Assembly (NCBI GenBank): GCA_020692205.1
Contig: JAIMKV010000018.1
Location: forward strand, 594 to 24,593
Length of the DNA: 24,000 bases
DNA from: Myxosarcina sp. GA_180221_E-2-1-MAG-40_15
GTDB lineage: Bacteria > Cyanobacteriota > Cyanobacteriia > Cyanobacteriales > Xenococcaceae
Direction: 5' to 3'
Positions 1 through 9,055 of this stretch are shown here, one piece after another. How positions within the stretch are numbered: the stretch's first letter is position 1; each line of letters starts with the position of its first letter. A program made the position numbers and the translations under genes. Below the pieces are notes generated by a model. The model ran no database searches. It saw only the letters and a list, made by a program, of their open reading frames with translations, and had not been told where the DNA came from.

Positions 1-292
1 AATACCTTATCGATGTTTGTCAGGAAAGAAAAACCATTACCAGTAGCCGTACTCAAACCCGAACCCACCAAAAATACCCAATCCCTAGAAGATGCAGGTA
101 TTCATTTAGGAGAGGGTTACTATTGGAATCGGTGAAGCCTTACCCAACAGGCATATCGTAGCTATTGGTGCATCTGGTAGTGGCAAAACTCCAACCCTAA
201 AAGCGATCGCTTATTCTCTCGACAAAACCTACCCAGATATGCAGGATAACCTGCTAGACAGACTTTCACGGCGATGGAGAAATCCGAAGTGA
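1..292 (+). pseudogene. Frameshifted, truncated P-loop NTPase remnant (5' part lies outside the window)
   Basis: Frame 1 is open from the window edge to TGA at 133-135 (...DAGIHLGEGYYWNR*). Frame 2 is open 110-292 and encodes ...NRHIVAIGASGSGKTPTLKAIAYSL..., a Walker A motif (GxxGSGKT). Frame 2 has no ATG/GTG/TTG before the P-loop and stops about 33 codons after it, too short for an NTPase domain. The two frames overlap at 110-135, consistent with a frameshift. Confidence 0.35.
203..210. repeat. HIP1 octamer GCGATCGC (representative of many copies across the window)
   Basis: Hand-verified copies: 203-210, 452-459, 690-697, 6798-6805, 6987-6994, 7777-7784, 9803-9810, 9896-9903, 11481-11488, 11807-11814, 12853-12860. 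Many more are visible. This over-represented palindrome is a hallmark of many cyanobacterial genomes. Confidence 0.9.
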
Positions 293-346
293 GACTTGCT
301 ATTCGATCCCTAAAGCATCTGTATATTTCATATTGTTTATAATTTC

Positions 347-1843
347 CTACTCAATCCAATTTTTCGCCCTAGCTACAGCTTTGGACCACATAGCAAAGTT
401 ATCTTGTGCTGGGGCTTGCCCAGCACCTGGTTCAAACACTCGATCTACTTGGCGATCGCTAATTAGCTGTTGATAGTTATCCCAAAAGCCCACCGCTAAT
501 CCTGCACCGAAAGCTGCTCCTTGAGCCGTGGCATCGAGTACTTTAGGCCGTTCTAAAGGGACTCCCAAAGCATCTGCTTGGAACTGCATCAAAAAATTGT
601 TTTTAGCGGCTCCACCGTCGACTTTGAGGAGAGATACAGGATGGTCACTATCTTGATTAACGGCATCTACTACTTCTTTAACCTGATAGGCGATCGCTTC
701 CAACACAGAGCGAACGATATGTTCTTGTTGAACACCCCCAGTAATGCCCAAAAAAGCCCCGCGAGCCTTCATATCCCAATGGGGTGCGCCCAAACCACTG
801 AGGGCAGGAACAAAATAAACTCCGTTAGTATCGTCTACCTGATGGCAAAGAGATTCGGTTTCAGCAGCATCAGTAATTAGTTTTAGTCCATCTCGCAACC
901 ATTGAATTGATGCCCCTGTGGTAAAAATTGCCCCTTCCAAGGCATAGTTGGTTTGCTCTTTAGTACTCCAGGCCACAGTAGAAAGAAGTTGATTGTGCGA
1001 TCTTGTAATTGTTGTACCTGTTTGAGCAACTAAAAAACACCCCGTACCATAGGTACACTTGAGTAAACCAGGGCGATCGCAACCGTGAGCATATAAGGCT
1101 GCCTGTTGATCGCCGAAAATAGCAGCGATTGGTATTTCTGCTCCAATTAAATCGCGATCGCATTGACCAAATATTCCCATACTGGGCTTGATTTCGGGCA
1201 TAATTTGGCGAGGGATATTAAACAATTCTAATAAAGACTCGTCCCAATCTCCCGTATCTAAATTCATCAACATAGTTCGACTGGCATTGCTAACATCAGT
1301 AGCATGAACTTGTTTACCAGTTAAATTCCATAACGCCCAGGCATCTATTGTTCCCGCCATCACGTTATCCCAATTAATGCCAGGTTGATTTTGCTTGACC
1401 CAATCAATCAGCCACGCCAGCTTGGTGGCTGAAAAATAAGCATCTAATACTAAACCAGTTTTTTGTTGAATGATTGCCGCTTTTCCTGCTGCTTTGAGGC
1501 GATCGCACAAATTTGCCGTACGACGATCCTGCCAAACAATTGCTTTATGTAAAGGTTGTCCTGTGGTTTTATCCCAAAGTAAACAAGTCTCCCGTTGAAC
1601 AGTTAAACCAATAGCAGCAATTTCTAGCGGATTTACCTTATTTTCGGCAATAACTTGTTGAATACTGTTACTAGTATCCTGCCAAATCTCTAACGCATCG
1701 TGTTCCAACCAGCCTGGATGTGGATAGTGCTGGGTCAATTCTTGATAAACTTGACCGACAACATTTCCCCGCTGATCGAACAAAATAGCTCGATTTCCTG
1801 TCGTACCCAAATCGAGAGAGAGAATATATTTACTGTCGGTCAT
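347..1843 (-). CDS. glpK: Glycerol kinase (FGGY family)
   Basis: Full-length 498-502 aa ORF with glycerol kinase motifs: YILSLDLGTTGNRAILFD, PGWLEHD, IFGDQQAAL, GGAAKNNFLMQFQADALG. The track ORF begins at a TTG (1855). The ATG four codons downstream (1843) gives the typical MTDSKYIL N-terminus, so I place the start there. Confidence 0.95.
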   Translation of the reverse strand: MTDSKYILSLDLGTTGNRAILFDQRGNVVGQVYQELTQHYPHPGWLEHDALEIWQDTSNSIQQVIAENKVNPLEIAAIGLTVQRETCLLWDKTTGQPLHKAIVWQDRRTANLCDRLKAAGKAAIIQQKTGLVLDAYFSATKLAWLIDWVKQNQPGINWDNVMAGTIDAWALWNLTGKQVHATDVSNASRTMLMNLDTGDWDESLLELFNIPRQIMPEIKPSMGIFGQCDRDLIGAEIPIAAIFGDQQAALYAHGCDRPGLLKCTYGTGCFLVAQTGTTITRSHNQLLSTVAWSTKEQTNYALEGAIFTTGASIQWLRDGLKLITDAAETESLCHQVDDTNGVYFVPALSGLGAPHWDMKARGAFLGITGGVQQEHIVRSVLEAIAYQVKEVVDAVNQDSDHPVSLLKVDGGAAKNNFLMQFQADALGVPLERPKVLDATAQGAAFGAGLAVGFWDNYQQLISDRQVDRVFEPGAGQAPAQDNFAMWSKAVARAKNWIE

Positions 1844-2081
1844 AAAAAATACCAAAATTCTGCTTATTGTAGATTTACAGCAAAGTTCTGGTTTAAATGT
1901 ATTTTATCGAGTTTTTTTTAAATAACTTAGCATTAACTATTTGTCGTTGAGTATCTAACATTTATCGTTCAACTCATTAGTGCTGGTTATTTCAGGATTG
2001 AATCTAGCGATCGCTAAAACGCTATTCGTTCCGATTCAAATATGACTTTGAGCTGATATCAAATCAATATAAGATTAACGA

Positions 2082-3152
2082 TTAATCATAATCGTTGTTA
2101 AAGTTAATTGGTTTTCTTCGTTCTGGCTGTTCAGGATAATCTTCTTGAGAATTATATTCAGGTAAATCATCGTATTCATCATAGTCGTCGTAGTCACCTT
2201 GGTCAGAATCATCATAGTCATCTGAGTAATCGGCTTCTGGTTCTTCTACGGGCTGATAATCAACTACATAATCTCCAGGAATAGTCGATTCGTTTGGCTC
2301 ATCGTAACTTTTGCCCAAATCAGTATCATCGTAGCTATTACCTAGATTATCGGAGTAGTCATCTTCTGGCTCATAGCTTCTACCTAAATCCTCAGGACCA
2401 GGTCTGCGTTGAGGCTCAGGTGTTGAGGTTGGGGTTGGGGCAGAATAGGGGTCTTCTGTAGAAGGGCGAGTACGCGAGCGAGGAGCCGATCTAGGTCGCT
2501 TATCCCACTCGTCATAACCATCGGCAGGGGAGGCAGTTGGACGACGACGTGGACGAATGTCTTGTTCACTATAGCCATAGCGCTCAACTTCAGGAGCGCG
2601 AGCTACATAATCACTGTTGGGTTCAGTACGGTTACGGCTTGGTCTACGTCGGGGTTCATCCCTCAAATCGGTAGACGGTACAGAGCGTTTTCTTTCAGCA
2701 CGACGGGAGGTGCGGGGTTGAGGCTCTTCGTAGCCTCTCAGTCTTGGGCTACTGTAATTGGGTTTTGCTCCTTCATAAGCATTGTCATAAGGATCGATTT
2801 TATCTAATTCCGCTTCAGTGTATACTCTGGTGCGACTTACAGGGCGATCGCGATCTACTGTTGGAGTATTTCGTCTAGCTTGCTCTGTCGCCACCCCGCG
2901 CATCCTAATACTCTCAAAGGCAAAGAAAATAGCTGTTCCTGTGAGCAAAAATTGACCAAATTGTAAAATCGGATCGAGTCGCCAGCCATTAAATAGCAAA
3001 ATAATCCCACAAAGCAGACCTACCGCAGCAAAAAAGATATCGTAATCCCTTGCCAACTCTGGGCGAATTGAACGTAAGAAAAACAGTCCAGCTCCTGCTA
3101 CTGCTAAGAATATACCTAATATAGCGGCTGCATTTAGCCCAAAATTGACCAT
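2082..3152 (-). CDS. ycf66: Ycf66-family membrane protein with a long disordered R/P-rich then D/Y/E-rich C-terminal extension
   Basis: The N-terminal ~95 aa (MVNFGLNAAAILGIFLAVAGAGLFFLRSIRPELARDYDIFFAAVGLLCGIILLFNGWRLDPILQFGQFLLTGTAIFFAFESIRMRGVATEQARRN) matches my memory of the conserved cyanobacterial/plastid Ycf66 N-terminal domain. The remaining ~260 aa are low-complexity. Confidence 0.7.
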   Translation of the reverse strand: MVNFGLNAAAILGIFLAVAGAGLFFLRSIRPELARDYDIFFAAVGLLCGIILLFNGWRLDPILQFGQFLLTGTAIFFAFESIRMRGVATEQARRNTPTVDRDRPVSRTRVYTEAELDKIDPYDNAYEGAKPNYSSPRLRGYEEPQPRTSRRAERKRSVPSTDLRDEPRRRPSRNRTEPNSDYVARAPEVERYGYSEQDIRPRRRPTASPADGYDEWDKRPRSAPRSRTRPSTEDPYSAPTPTSTPEPQRRPGPEDLGRSYEPEDDYSDNLGNSYDDTDLGKSYDEPNESTIPGDYVVDYQPVEEPEADYSDDYDDSDQGDYDDYDEYDDLPEYNSQEDYPEQPERRKPINFNNDYD

Positions 3153-3305
3153 TGTTACTCTCCCAATATGGTTCGCTTGGTTTTAGATAATACTTATTTT
3201 ACCTAGTACTTATATCAAGTAGTGTATTTTCACACTCTCATCAGAGTCAGACAGATTATAAATATACAAGTTATTATTTTAAATCTCCCATTAACCCTAA
3301 AATAT

Positions 3306-3359
3306 AACGACGGAATACTATTAAGGCTATTGATTCGCGCTAGAGAGGATTCCGTCGTT
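3306..3359 (-). terminator. Hairpin downstream of psbX (candidate intrinsic terminator)
   Basis: AACGACGGAAT (3306-3316) is the exact reverse complement of ATTCCGTCGTT (3349-3359). That gives an 11-bp stem with a 32-nt loop. On the - strand it is followed by TATATTTT and lies ~40 nt after the psbX stop. The long loop makes it atypical. Confidence 0.35.
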
Positions 3360-3397
3360 TAATTGCTTATACTGTTGCTAGCAAAAGCACACAACTG

Positions 3398-3517
3398 TTA
3401 TCCACGCTCAATTTTATCGCTTTGACTAAGAACAACTAGGGCTATGGTTGCAGGAATAACTACAATAATCGCGCCTAGCCCTATACTTAATAGAAAATTA
3501 GCTAATGAAGGAGTCAT
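3398..3517 (-). CDS. psbX: Photosystem II reaction centre protein X
   Basis: My own translation of a 39-codon ORF absent from the supplied track gives MTPSLANFLLSIGLGAIIVVIPATIALVVLSQSDKIERG*. It has the MTPSL.NFL start, a single TM helix and the SQxD..R C-terminus that I recall as characteristic of cyanobacterial PsbX. Confidence 0.8.
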   Translation of the reverse strand: MTPSLANFLLSIGLGAIIVVIPATIALVVLSQSDKIERG

Positions 3518-3764
3518 AATTTTTTTATCCTAACTATTTTTTGTTTTTGTCTCAACTGTAATAGTTTACGTTGTTTTATAATTTTAAAAGTTTTTTAACC
3601 GAAATTAAAGTTAATTACAGCATCTGATTATAATACAAGCTCAATTAGCATTGTTAGTGCATAACAACATAGTTTTCTTTACTTGAGAATGACAGTACAA
3701 TACATAAGCAGGTGTTTACATTACGCAATATTTCTGGCGATTAATTGAGAATTGAGTCACGGAT

Positions 3765-4052
3765 ATGAATTTATCAATAGCAACTATAGGAATTAGCCTT
3801 TTACTAGGATTGATGACCATTCTATTTATCTTTAGAATTGTTCTCACCTGGTATCCTCAAGCAGAGTTAACCAAGTTCCCTCTAAGCTTAGTTTTTTTTC
3901 CGACAGAACCTTTCCTCAAACCTTTACGTAAAATAGTTGCTCCTCTTGGGGGAGTAGACATAACGCCAATTATTTTAGTGGGGGTTTGTACTCTTTCAAG
4001 AGAAATTTTAGTCGGTCAGCAAGGATTAATTACCATGACATTAAATCATTAA
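3765..4052 (+). CDS. ycf19: YggT/Ycf19-family small membrane protein
   Basis: 95 aa with the YggT pattern: FRIVLTWYPQ...PTEPFLKPLRKIVAPLGGVDITPII, flanked by two hydrophobic helices. Confidence 0.85.
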   Translation: MNLSIATIGISLLLGLMTILFIFRIVLTWYPQAELTKFPLSLVFFPTEPFLKPLRKIVAPLGGVDITPIILVGVCTLSREILVGQQGLITMTLNH

Positions 4053-4107
4053 TTAAAAATTCGCTTAAAACTTTTGCCTTGTGGGTCTTGACTGTTCCTC
4101 AGAGGTG

Positions 4108-5454
4108 CTAATCGCTGAGATGCTCGGCAATAAAGTTAGTATAAATCTCACCTTTAAGAAAAGCTGGAGTTTCCAAAATTCTTTGGTGAAATTCAATCGT
4201 CGTTGGAACTCCAGTAATGGCACATTCTCTTAAAGCTCGCTTCATCCGTTTAATTGCCACATCGCGATTTTCTCCCCAGACAATTAGTTTGCCAATTAAA
4301 GAATCATAGTAGGGAGGAATTTCGTAGTCTGTATAGACGTGAGAATCCATTCTGACTCCAGGGCCTCCTGGCGGTAGGTAAGCTATAATCCTTCCTGGAT
4401 GTGGTCGGAAATTATGTTTGGGGTCTTCGGCATTAATGCGACACTCGATCGCATGACCCTTTAAAATTACCTGTTCTTGAGTAAATCTAAGTTTTTCTCC
4501 TTGAGCGACGCGAATTTGTTCGGCAATCAGATCGATACTTGTTACCATTTCAGTTACAGGATGTTCCACCTGAATACGGGTATTCATTTCCATAAAGTAG
4601 AAATCACCCGATTTATCCAGTAAAAATTCTATTGTTCCAGCACCAACATAATTAATCGATTTAGCTGCTTTGACTGCAGCATCGCCCATTTTCTGACGTA
4701 ACTCAGGACTCAGAACCGCACTGGGAGCTTCTTCGAGCAATTTCTGGTGACGACGCTGAATCGAACAGTCTCTTTCGCCTAAATGAACCACATTGCCGTG
4801 GCTGTCGGCAATAATCTGAAACTCAATATGACGGGGACATTCAACAAACTTCTCTAAATATACTCCCCCGTTACCAAAAGCTGCTTCTGCCTCTCCTTGA
4901 GCAGCCTGAAACATTCTGACCAGCTCCGTCTCGTCTCGCACTAGGCGCATTCCTCTACCGCCACCACCAGCAGTAGCCTTAATCATTACGGGATAGCCAA
5001 TCTTTCCTGCAACGACCTTGGCTTCGTCTTCATCACGCAACAAGCCATTACTACCTGGGACTGTAGGTACTCCTGCTTCCTGCATCGTTTTTTTTGCCGT
5101 AGATTTGTCTCCCATCGCCAACATTGCTTCTTTAGAAGGGCCAATAAAAGTTAGCTGATGGTCGTTGCAAATTTCCACAAAACGAGCGTTTTCTGCTAAA
5201 AAGCCATAGCCAGGATGAATAGCCGTAGCATTACGAGTTAGGGCAGCCGCTATAATATTGGGAATATTTAGATAGCTTTTACTAGATGGAGGTGGTCCAA
5301 TACAAACACTTTCATCTGCCAGCTGAACGTGGAGAGCTTGGCGATCAATAGTAGAGTGTACGGCTACGGTGGCGATGCCCATTTCAGCACAGGTGTGTAA
5401 AATGCGTAGAGCAATTTCTCCTCGATTGGCGATCAGAATTTTGTCAAACTGCAT
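4108..5454 (-). CDS. accC: Acetyl-CoA carboxylase biotin carboxylase subunit
   Basis: 448 aa. Motifs: [18 protein letters not shown] start, ATP-grasp glycine loop [36 protein letters not shown]. Confidence 0.97.
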   Translation of the reverse strand: MQFDKILIANRGEIALRILHTCAEMGIATVAVHSTIDRQALHVQLADESVCIGPPPSSKSYLNIPNIIAAALTRNATAIHPGYGFLAENARFVEICNDHQLTFIGPSKEAMLAMGDKSTAKKTMQEAGVPTVPGSNGLLRDEDEAKVVAGKIGYPVMIKATAGGGGRGMRLVRDETELVRMFQAAQGEAEAAFGNGGVYLEKFVECPRHIEFQIIADSHGNVVHLGERDCSIQRRHQKLLEEAPSAVLSPELRQKMGDAAVKAAKSINYVGAGTIEFLLDKSGDFYFMEMNTRIQVEHPVTEMVTSIDLIAEQIRVAQGEKLRFTQEQVILKGHAIECRINAEDPKHNFRPHPGRIIAYLPPGGPGVRMDSHVYTDYEIPPYYDSLIGKLIVWGENRDVAIKRMKRALRECAITGVPTTIEFHQRILETPAFLKGEIYTNFIAEHLSD

Positions 5455-5532
5455 TCTTTAAGTAGATAACTAAAGTCATGTTTTAGAGTAGAGCTTTTCA
5501 TGATACCAATGGTATTAGAAAAGTGTTGAAGC

Positions 5533-5772
5533 TTATTTGTTGGCTAATTCCGAAGGCGGGCGATCATCGCTCCAACCCCACCAAGCGGTATCACACTCAC
5601 ACAGATAAAACTCTTGGTATTTGCGTCGATTCTCTGTGCTTACTGGAGCGCGACGGTTCAGCCAAACATTTTTTGCCTTTACAGGTTCTGTTTTACAACT
5701 AGGGCAACAAAAATCAACCGCATGAACTGCTGATTTGATCCATTCTGGCGGAACTAGGGCAAAGGCATCCAT
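5533..5772 (-). CDS. Conserved hypothetical Cys-rich protein (possible zinc ribbon)
   Basis: The ORF lies directly downstream of accC on the same strand. It has CCPSC ... CEC cysteine pairs and a W-rich C-terminus (AWWGWSDD). The track start (5805) is a TTG; the first ATG (5772, MDAFALVPPEW) is the likelier start. No family name recognised. Confidence 0.55.
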   Translation of the reverse strand: MDAFALVPPEWIKSAVHAVDFCCPSCKTEPVKAKNVWLNRRAPVSTENRRKYQEFYLCECDTAWWGWSDDRPPSELANK

Positions 5773-6089
5773 AAAGCTTATCGAGAATTGGAGATGGAAC
5801 AGCAAAATAAAAATAACTTATTTGTAAAAGTCAGTGGTAAGTTATGGTTTATCCCTGTTATTGTACTTTGATTATTCATAGTTGTTGTGGAAGCTTTTAA
5901 TCAGTCACAGCAAACAGCAAATATTTAATGATCGCTCTTTGGACGTATCTGACTAAATTTATGCCTCAATGGAAGCTGCTACATCGAACAGAGCTGAATC
6001 ATTTACCTATTGAATGATTTAACTTTGTTTAACGAATTGTTGGATAGGATTGCCATTAAGTATTAGTTTGTTTGGCATTTTGTTAATAT

Positions 6090-6120
6090 AATCAGCTTTA
6101 AAGCTGATTTTTGGGCTTTT
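6090..6120 (+). terminator. AT-rich palindromic hairpin followed by a T-run, in a long intergenic region
   Basis: AATCAGCT (6090-6097), loop TTAA, AGCTGATT (6102-6109), then TTTGGGCTTTT. A consensus TATAAT hexamer (6087-6092) overlaps the left arm. No flanking gene explains it; function unknown. Confidence 0.2.
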
Positions 6121-6356
6121 AATGTAGTTGAACAACTATCTTGAACTAAGATTAAATATATCTGGATGATTTACTATTAAACAACAGAATTAGAATAATT
6201 ATATTCCCTGCTCTTGATTTAAGTATTTAGATTACTGTTACTTGCCTGTATGCCAATTCACAATTGTCATTAACTGATTTTTGGAGTGATATGAAAGATA
6301 ACCTGTGAGGGAATAATAAATATATCGCTCTACCTTGAAACCGTTAATAAATCGAT

Positions 6357-8444
6357 ATGTGGAAATCATTTAATAGCAAAAACTTTTTATTAATTAGTAT
6401 TAGTCTTGTATCAACATTAATCGGCTTAAAAGCTTTAATTATTGCTCAAACAAATACAAATTTTGCTCAAGGTATTAGACAAGTTTTTCCAGGTAAACCA
6501 ACAATTGCTCTAAATAAATCGAGCGCAAATACCCGCCATAGTTTTTTACTGGCAGCAGATTTAATTGACCGCAAACAGGGTAAAGAAGCTCTAGCAGAAT
6601 TACAGGGTTTAGAGCGAGAATATCCTTTATTAGCTGCTCATGTTTTGTTGTCTCAAGGTAAAGCTTATCAGCTCGAAAAAAACTTTAAAGCAGCAGCAAA
6701 GATTTGGCAGAAATTAGTCATCGAATATCCTACCGCTTCGGCTTCGGCAGAAGCACTATATTTATTAGGTAAGTCTAATTCTGCTTATTGGCAACAGGCG
6801 ATCGCCCAGTTTCCAGCTCATCCCCGCATCCATGAAATTATCCGTCAGCAGTTAAGCTTAAATCCGAACCAACCGCATTTGATGGCAGTCTTGGTTAAAT
6901 ATACTCCTGATGATCCTGGAGTAGACCAAATGAAAGAGCGTCTGGTTGAAGAATATGCCAGCCAGTTGACTCCTGAAGAGTGGGAGGCGATCGCCGATAG
7001 TTATTGGTTAAAATGGGACTACGTCGAGGCAGGCAAAGCCTACGCTAAAGCTCCTATTACTTCTCAAAACCTTTACCGTGCAGGCAGGGGATATCATCTA
7101 GGCAACGATCAAACCACTGCTAAACAATATTATCTTCAGTTAATTCAGCAATATCCTCATGCTGATGATACAGGCTGGGGTTTACGCCGTCTAGCTACCT
7201 TAGTCAATAAAACAGAAGCAGTGACTTATCTAGATCGGGCAATTAAGCAATTTCCTGCACAAGCACCAGAAGCCCTGGTTGAAAAAGCACAATTTCTTGA
7301 AGCACTCAATAGTTTTAAGTCCGCTGCTAATGCCCGACAAACTTTATTAACCGATTATAAACACTCTGAAGCAGCAGCTAACTATCGCTGGGACATTGCT
7401 AGTCAGAAAGCTGAAGCGGGAGATTTAATTACCGCCTGGCAATGGGCGCAACCGATTGTAGTTAATAATCCTCATAGTTTAATAGCACCCAAGGCTGGTT
7501 TTTGGATTGCTAAATGGGCCGAAAAGCTCAATCGTCCCCAAGATGCTAATACCGCTTATAAATCAGTCTTGACTCGTTTTCCCCGCTCATATTATGCTTG
7601 GCGTTCGGCAGTAGCTTTAGGATGGAATGTAGGAAACTTTACCACAGTACGCCATAAAGATCCTCAAGTAGTTAAAACGAGTAAAATAACTCCTCCAGGA
7701 GGCTCGCAAACCTTCCAAGAATTATACAAATTAGGGCTAGAACCACAAGCCTGGGCGCAATTTCAAACTGAAATTAGCGATCGCACCGAATTAACGATTG
7801 CCGAAGATTTTACTAAAGGCTTATTGAAACTCTATCAAGGTCAGAATCTGCGGGGCATCAATCACATCTGGTATTTACAAGATAGAGATTCCCCTGAAGA
7901 TAAGCAACAATGGCAGCAACTGCGTCAAACACCAGAATATTGGCAGGCTTTATATCCGTTTCCCTATGAAGACACCATTCTTAAATGGTCGAAACAGCGA
8001 CAGCTTAACCCATTATTAGTTACTTCTTTAATCCGTCAAGAATCACGGTTTGAACCTGAAATTGAGTCTTCTGCGGGGGCTTTGGGCTTAATGCAGGTAA
8101 TGCCTCCCACTGGTGAAAACGCAGCTAAAAATATTGGCTTATCTAGCTATTCTCTAACCAAGCCTGAAGATAACGTCAATATTGGCACTTATTATCTTGA
8201 CTTTACCCATGAAAAATACGGCAATAACTCGATGCTGGCGGTGGCTAGCTATAATGCAGGGCCAAATGCAGTAGCTGAATGGGTTTCTCGTCATGGGTTA
8301 CAAGACGCAGATGAGTTTGTCGCCAAAATTCCTTATCCAGAAACACAAGGCTATGTAGAGTCAGTATTTGAAAATTATTGGAACTATCTATTGGTTTATA
8401 ACCCCGAAGTAGGAAAATTATTTAAAGACTTACGCACTGAATAG
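6357..8444 (+). CDS. slt: Soluble lytic murein transglycosylase (Slt70-like: helical-repeat N-domain plus C-terminal SLT domain)
   Basis: 695 aa with an N-terminal signal/anchor (LLISISLVSTLIGLKALIIAQ) and a long alpha-helical repeat region. C-terminal SLT motifs: LIRQESRFEP (catalytic Glu), GALGLMQVMP, ASYNAGPNAV. The last ~24 codons are duplicated at 13430-13501 (see repeat features). Confidence 0.85.
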   Translation: MWKSFNSKNFLLISISLVSTLIGLKALIIAQTNTNFAQGIRQVFPGKPTIALNKSSANTRHSFLLAADLIDRKQGKEALAELQGLEREYPLLAAHVLLSQGKAYQLEKNFKAAAKIWQKLVIEYPTASASAEALYLLGKSNSAYWQQAIAQFPAHPRIHEIIRQQLSLNPNQPHLMAVLVKYTPDDPGVDQMKERLVEEYASQLTPEEWEAIADSYWLKWDYVEAGKAYAKAPITSQNLYRAGRGYHLGNDQTTAKQYYLQLIQQYPHADDTGWGLRRLATLVNKTEAVTYLDRAIKQFPAQAPEALVEKAQFLEALNSFKSAANARQTLLTDYKHSEAAANYRWDIASQKAEAGDLITAWQWAQPIVVNNPHSLIAPKAGFWIAKWAEKLNRPQDANTAYKSVLTRFPRSYYAWRSAVALGWNVGNFTTVRHKDPQVVKTSKITPPGGSQTFQELYKLGLEPQAWAQFQTEISDRTELTIAEDFTKGLLKLYQGQNLRGINHIWYLQDRDSPEDKQQWQQLRQTPEYWQALYPFPYEDTILKWSKQRQLNPLLVTSLIRQESRFEPEIESSAGALGLMQVMPPTGENAAKNIGLSSYSLTKPEDNVNIGTYYLDFTHEKYGNNSMLAVASYNAGPNAVAEWVSRHGLQDADEFVAKIPYPETQGYVESVFENYWNYLLVYNPEVGKLFKDLRTE
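8373..8425 (+). repeat. Direct repeat copy 1 (left boundary of the insertion; 3' end of slt)
   Basis: AATTATTGGAACTATCTATTGGTTTATAACCCCGAAGTAGGAAAATTATTTAA aligns by hand to 13430-13482 with 4 mismatches in 53 nt and no gap. It encodes NYWNYLLVYNPEVGKLFK. Confidence 0.85.
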
Positions 8445-8688
8445 TTAGTTGTTAGTTGTTAACCAAATTACTCTGCAATGGGTAATTTTTTTTCTTTTTA
8501 ACTCTAAATATAACAGTTTAATGTGGTTAATTGCCTTGAAAATATTAGCTTCTGCAAGCACATCAACGAAGATAAAACATCATCGCACTTCAATAAATAT
8601 AGAAACTTCTAAATTTTAAGCTAATATCAATCAATTTTTTCAATTAGTTGGGAACTATATAAATAGACATCTAGAGAAAAAGCGAATA

Positions 8689-9033
8689 ATGAAATTTTTT
8701 GAGCCATCTATAGAGCAGCTAGTAACAGAAATTATAGCTGTTAATCATGCTTGGAAAGAAGCAAAGAGTTTATTTAATCTCCCTGATACCCCTTTGGCTA
8801 ATTCTCTAAGAGATTTAAAAGCGCGTTTACAGGTAAGACTTTTGCGTAAGTATGCACCAGAGAACGTTTACTTAATGATAGATACCAACGTAAATACAGA
8901 CTATGACGAACTACTTTATGGTCTACAACTGGTGACATCAGTAAACGGTAGGCGAGATGCTGCACATATGCCGATTAGGGTTGCTAAAGAAAACTTATCT
9001 GCACAAGAATTAGAGCAATTTATTCAAAGCTAA
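8689..9033 (+). CDS. Hypothetical 114-aa protein, first gene of the island operon
   Basis: Intact ORF ending 22 nt before the next gene, whose RBS (AAGGAAG) lies in the gap. No TM segment and no motif I recognise. It is predicted soluble, and the sequence looks mostly helical. Confidence 0.55.
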   Translation: MKFFEPSIEQLVTEIIAVNHAWKEAKSLFNLPDTPLANSLRDLKARLQVRLLRKYAPENVYLMIDTNVNTDYDELLYGLQLVTSVNGRRDAAHMPIRVAKENLSAQELEQFIQS

Positions 9034-9055
9034 TTTTGAAAGGAAGTAGTAAATA

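Noticed and set aside
203-210. HIP1 palindromes as a novel repeat family
   Set aside because: This is a well-known genome-wide cyanobacterial signature. It is useful for taxonomy and island-age inference but is not novel.
1844-1855. TTG-initiated 4-codon N-terminal extension of glpK (MVFF)
   Set aside because: An ATG at 1843 gives the canonical glycerol kinase N-terminus. The extension is an artefact of longest-ORF calling.
578-1921. Track ORFs 578-880(+), 960-1163(-), 1700-1921(+)
   Set aside because: They lie inside or antisense to the strongly supported glpK gene, have low-complexity or odd composition, and carry no motifs. They are shadow ORFs.
2384-2807. Track ORFs 2384-2587(-) and 2562-2807(+) within ycf66
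   Set aside because: They are alternative frames of the repetitive, biased tail-coding region of ycf66, with no independent support.
5928-6017. 29-aa ORF (MIALWTYLTKFMPQWKLLHRTELNHLPIE) in the long spacer
   Set aside because: It has no RBS and no recognisable features, and an ORF of this length is expected by chance in AT-rich DNA.
8442-8462. TAGT-TAGTTGT-TAGTTGT-TAA just after the slt stop (tandem 7-mer, stop codons in all three frames)
   Set aside because: It has only two short units and is plausible by chance in AT-rich sequence. It is noted only because it lies at the island's left inner edge.
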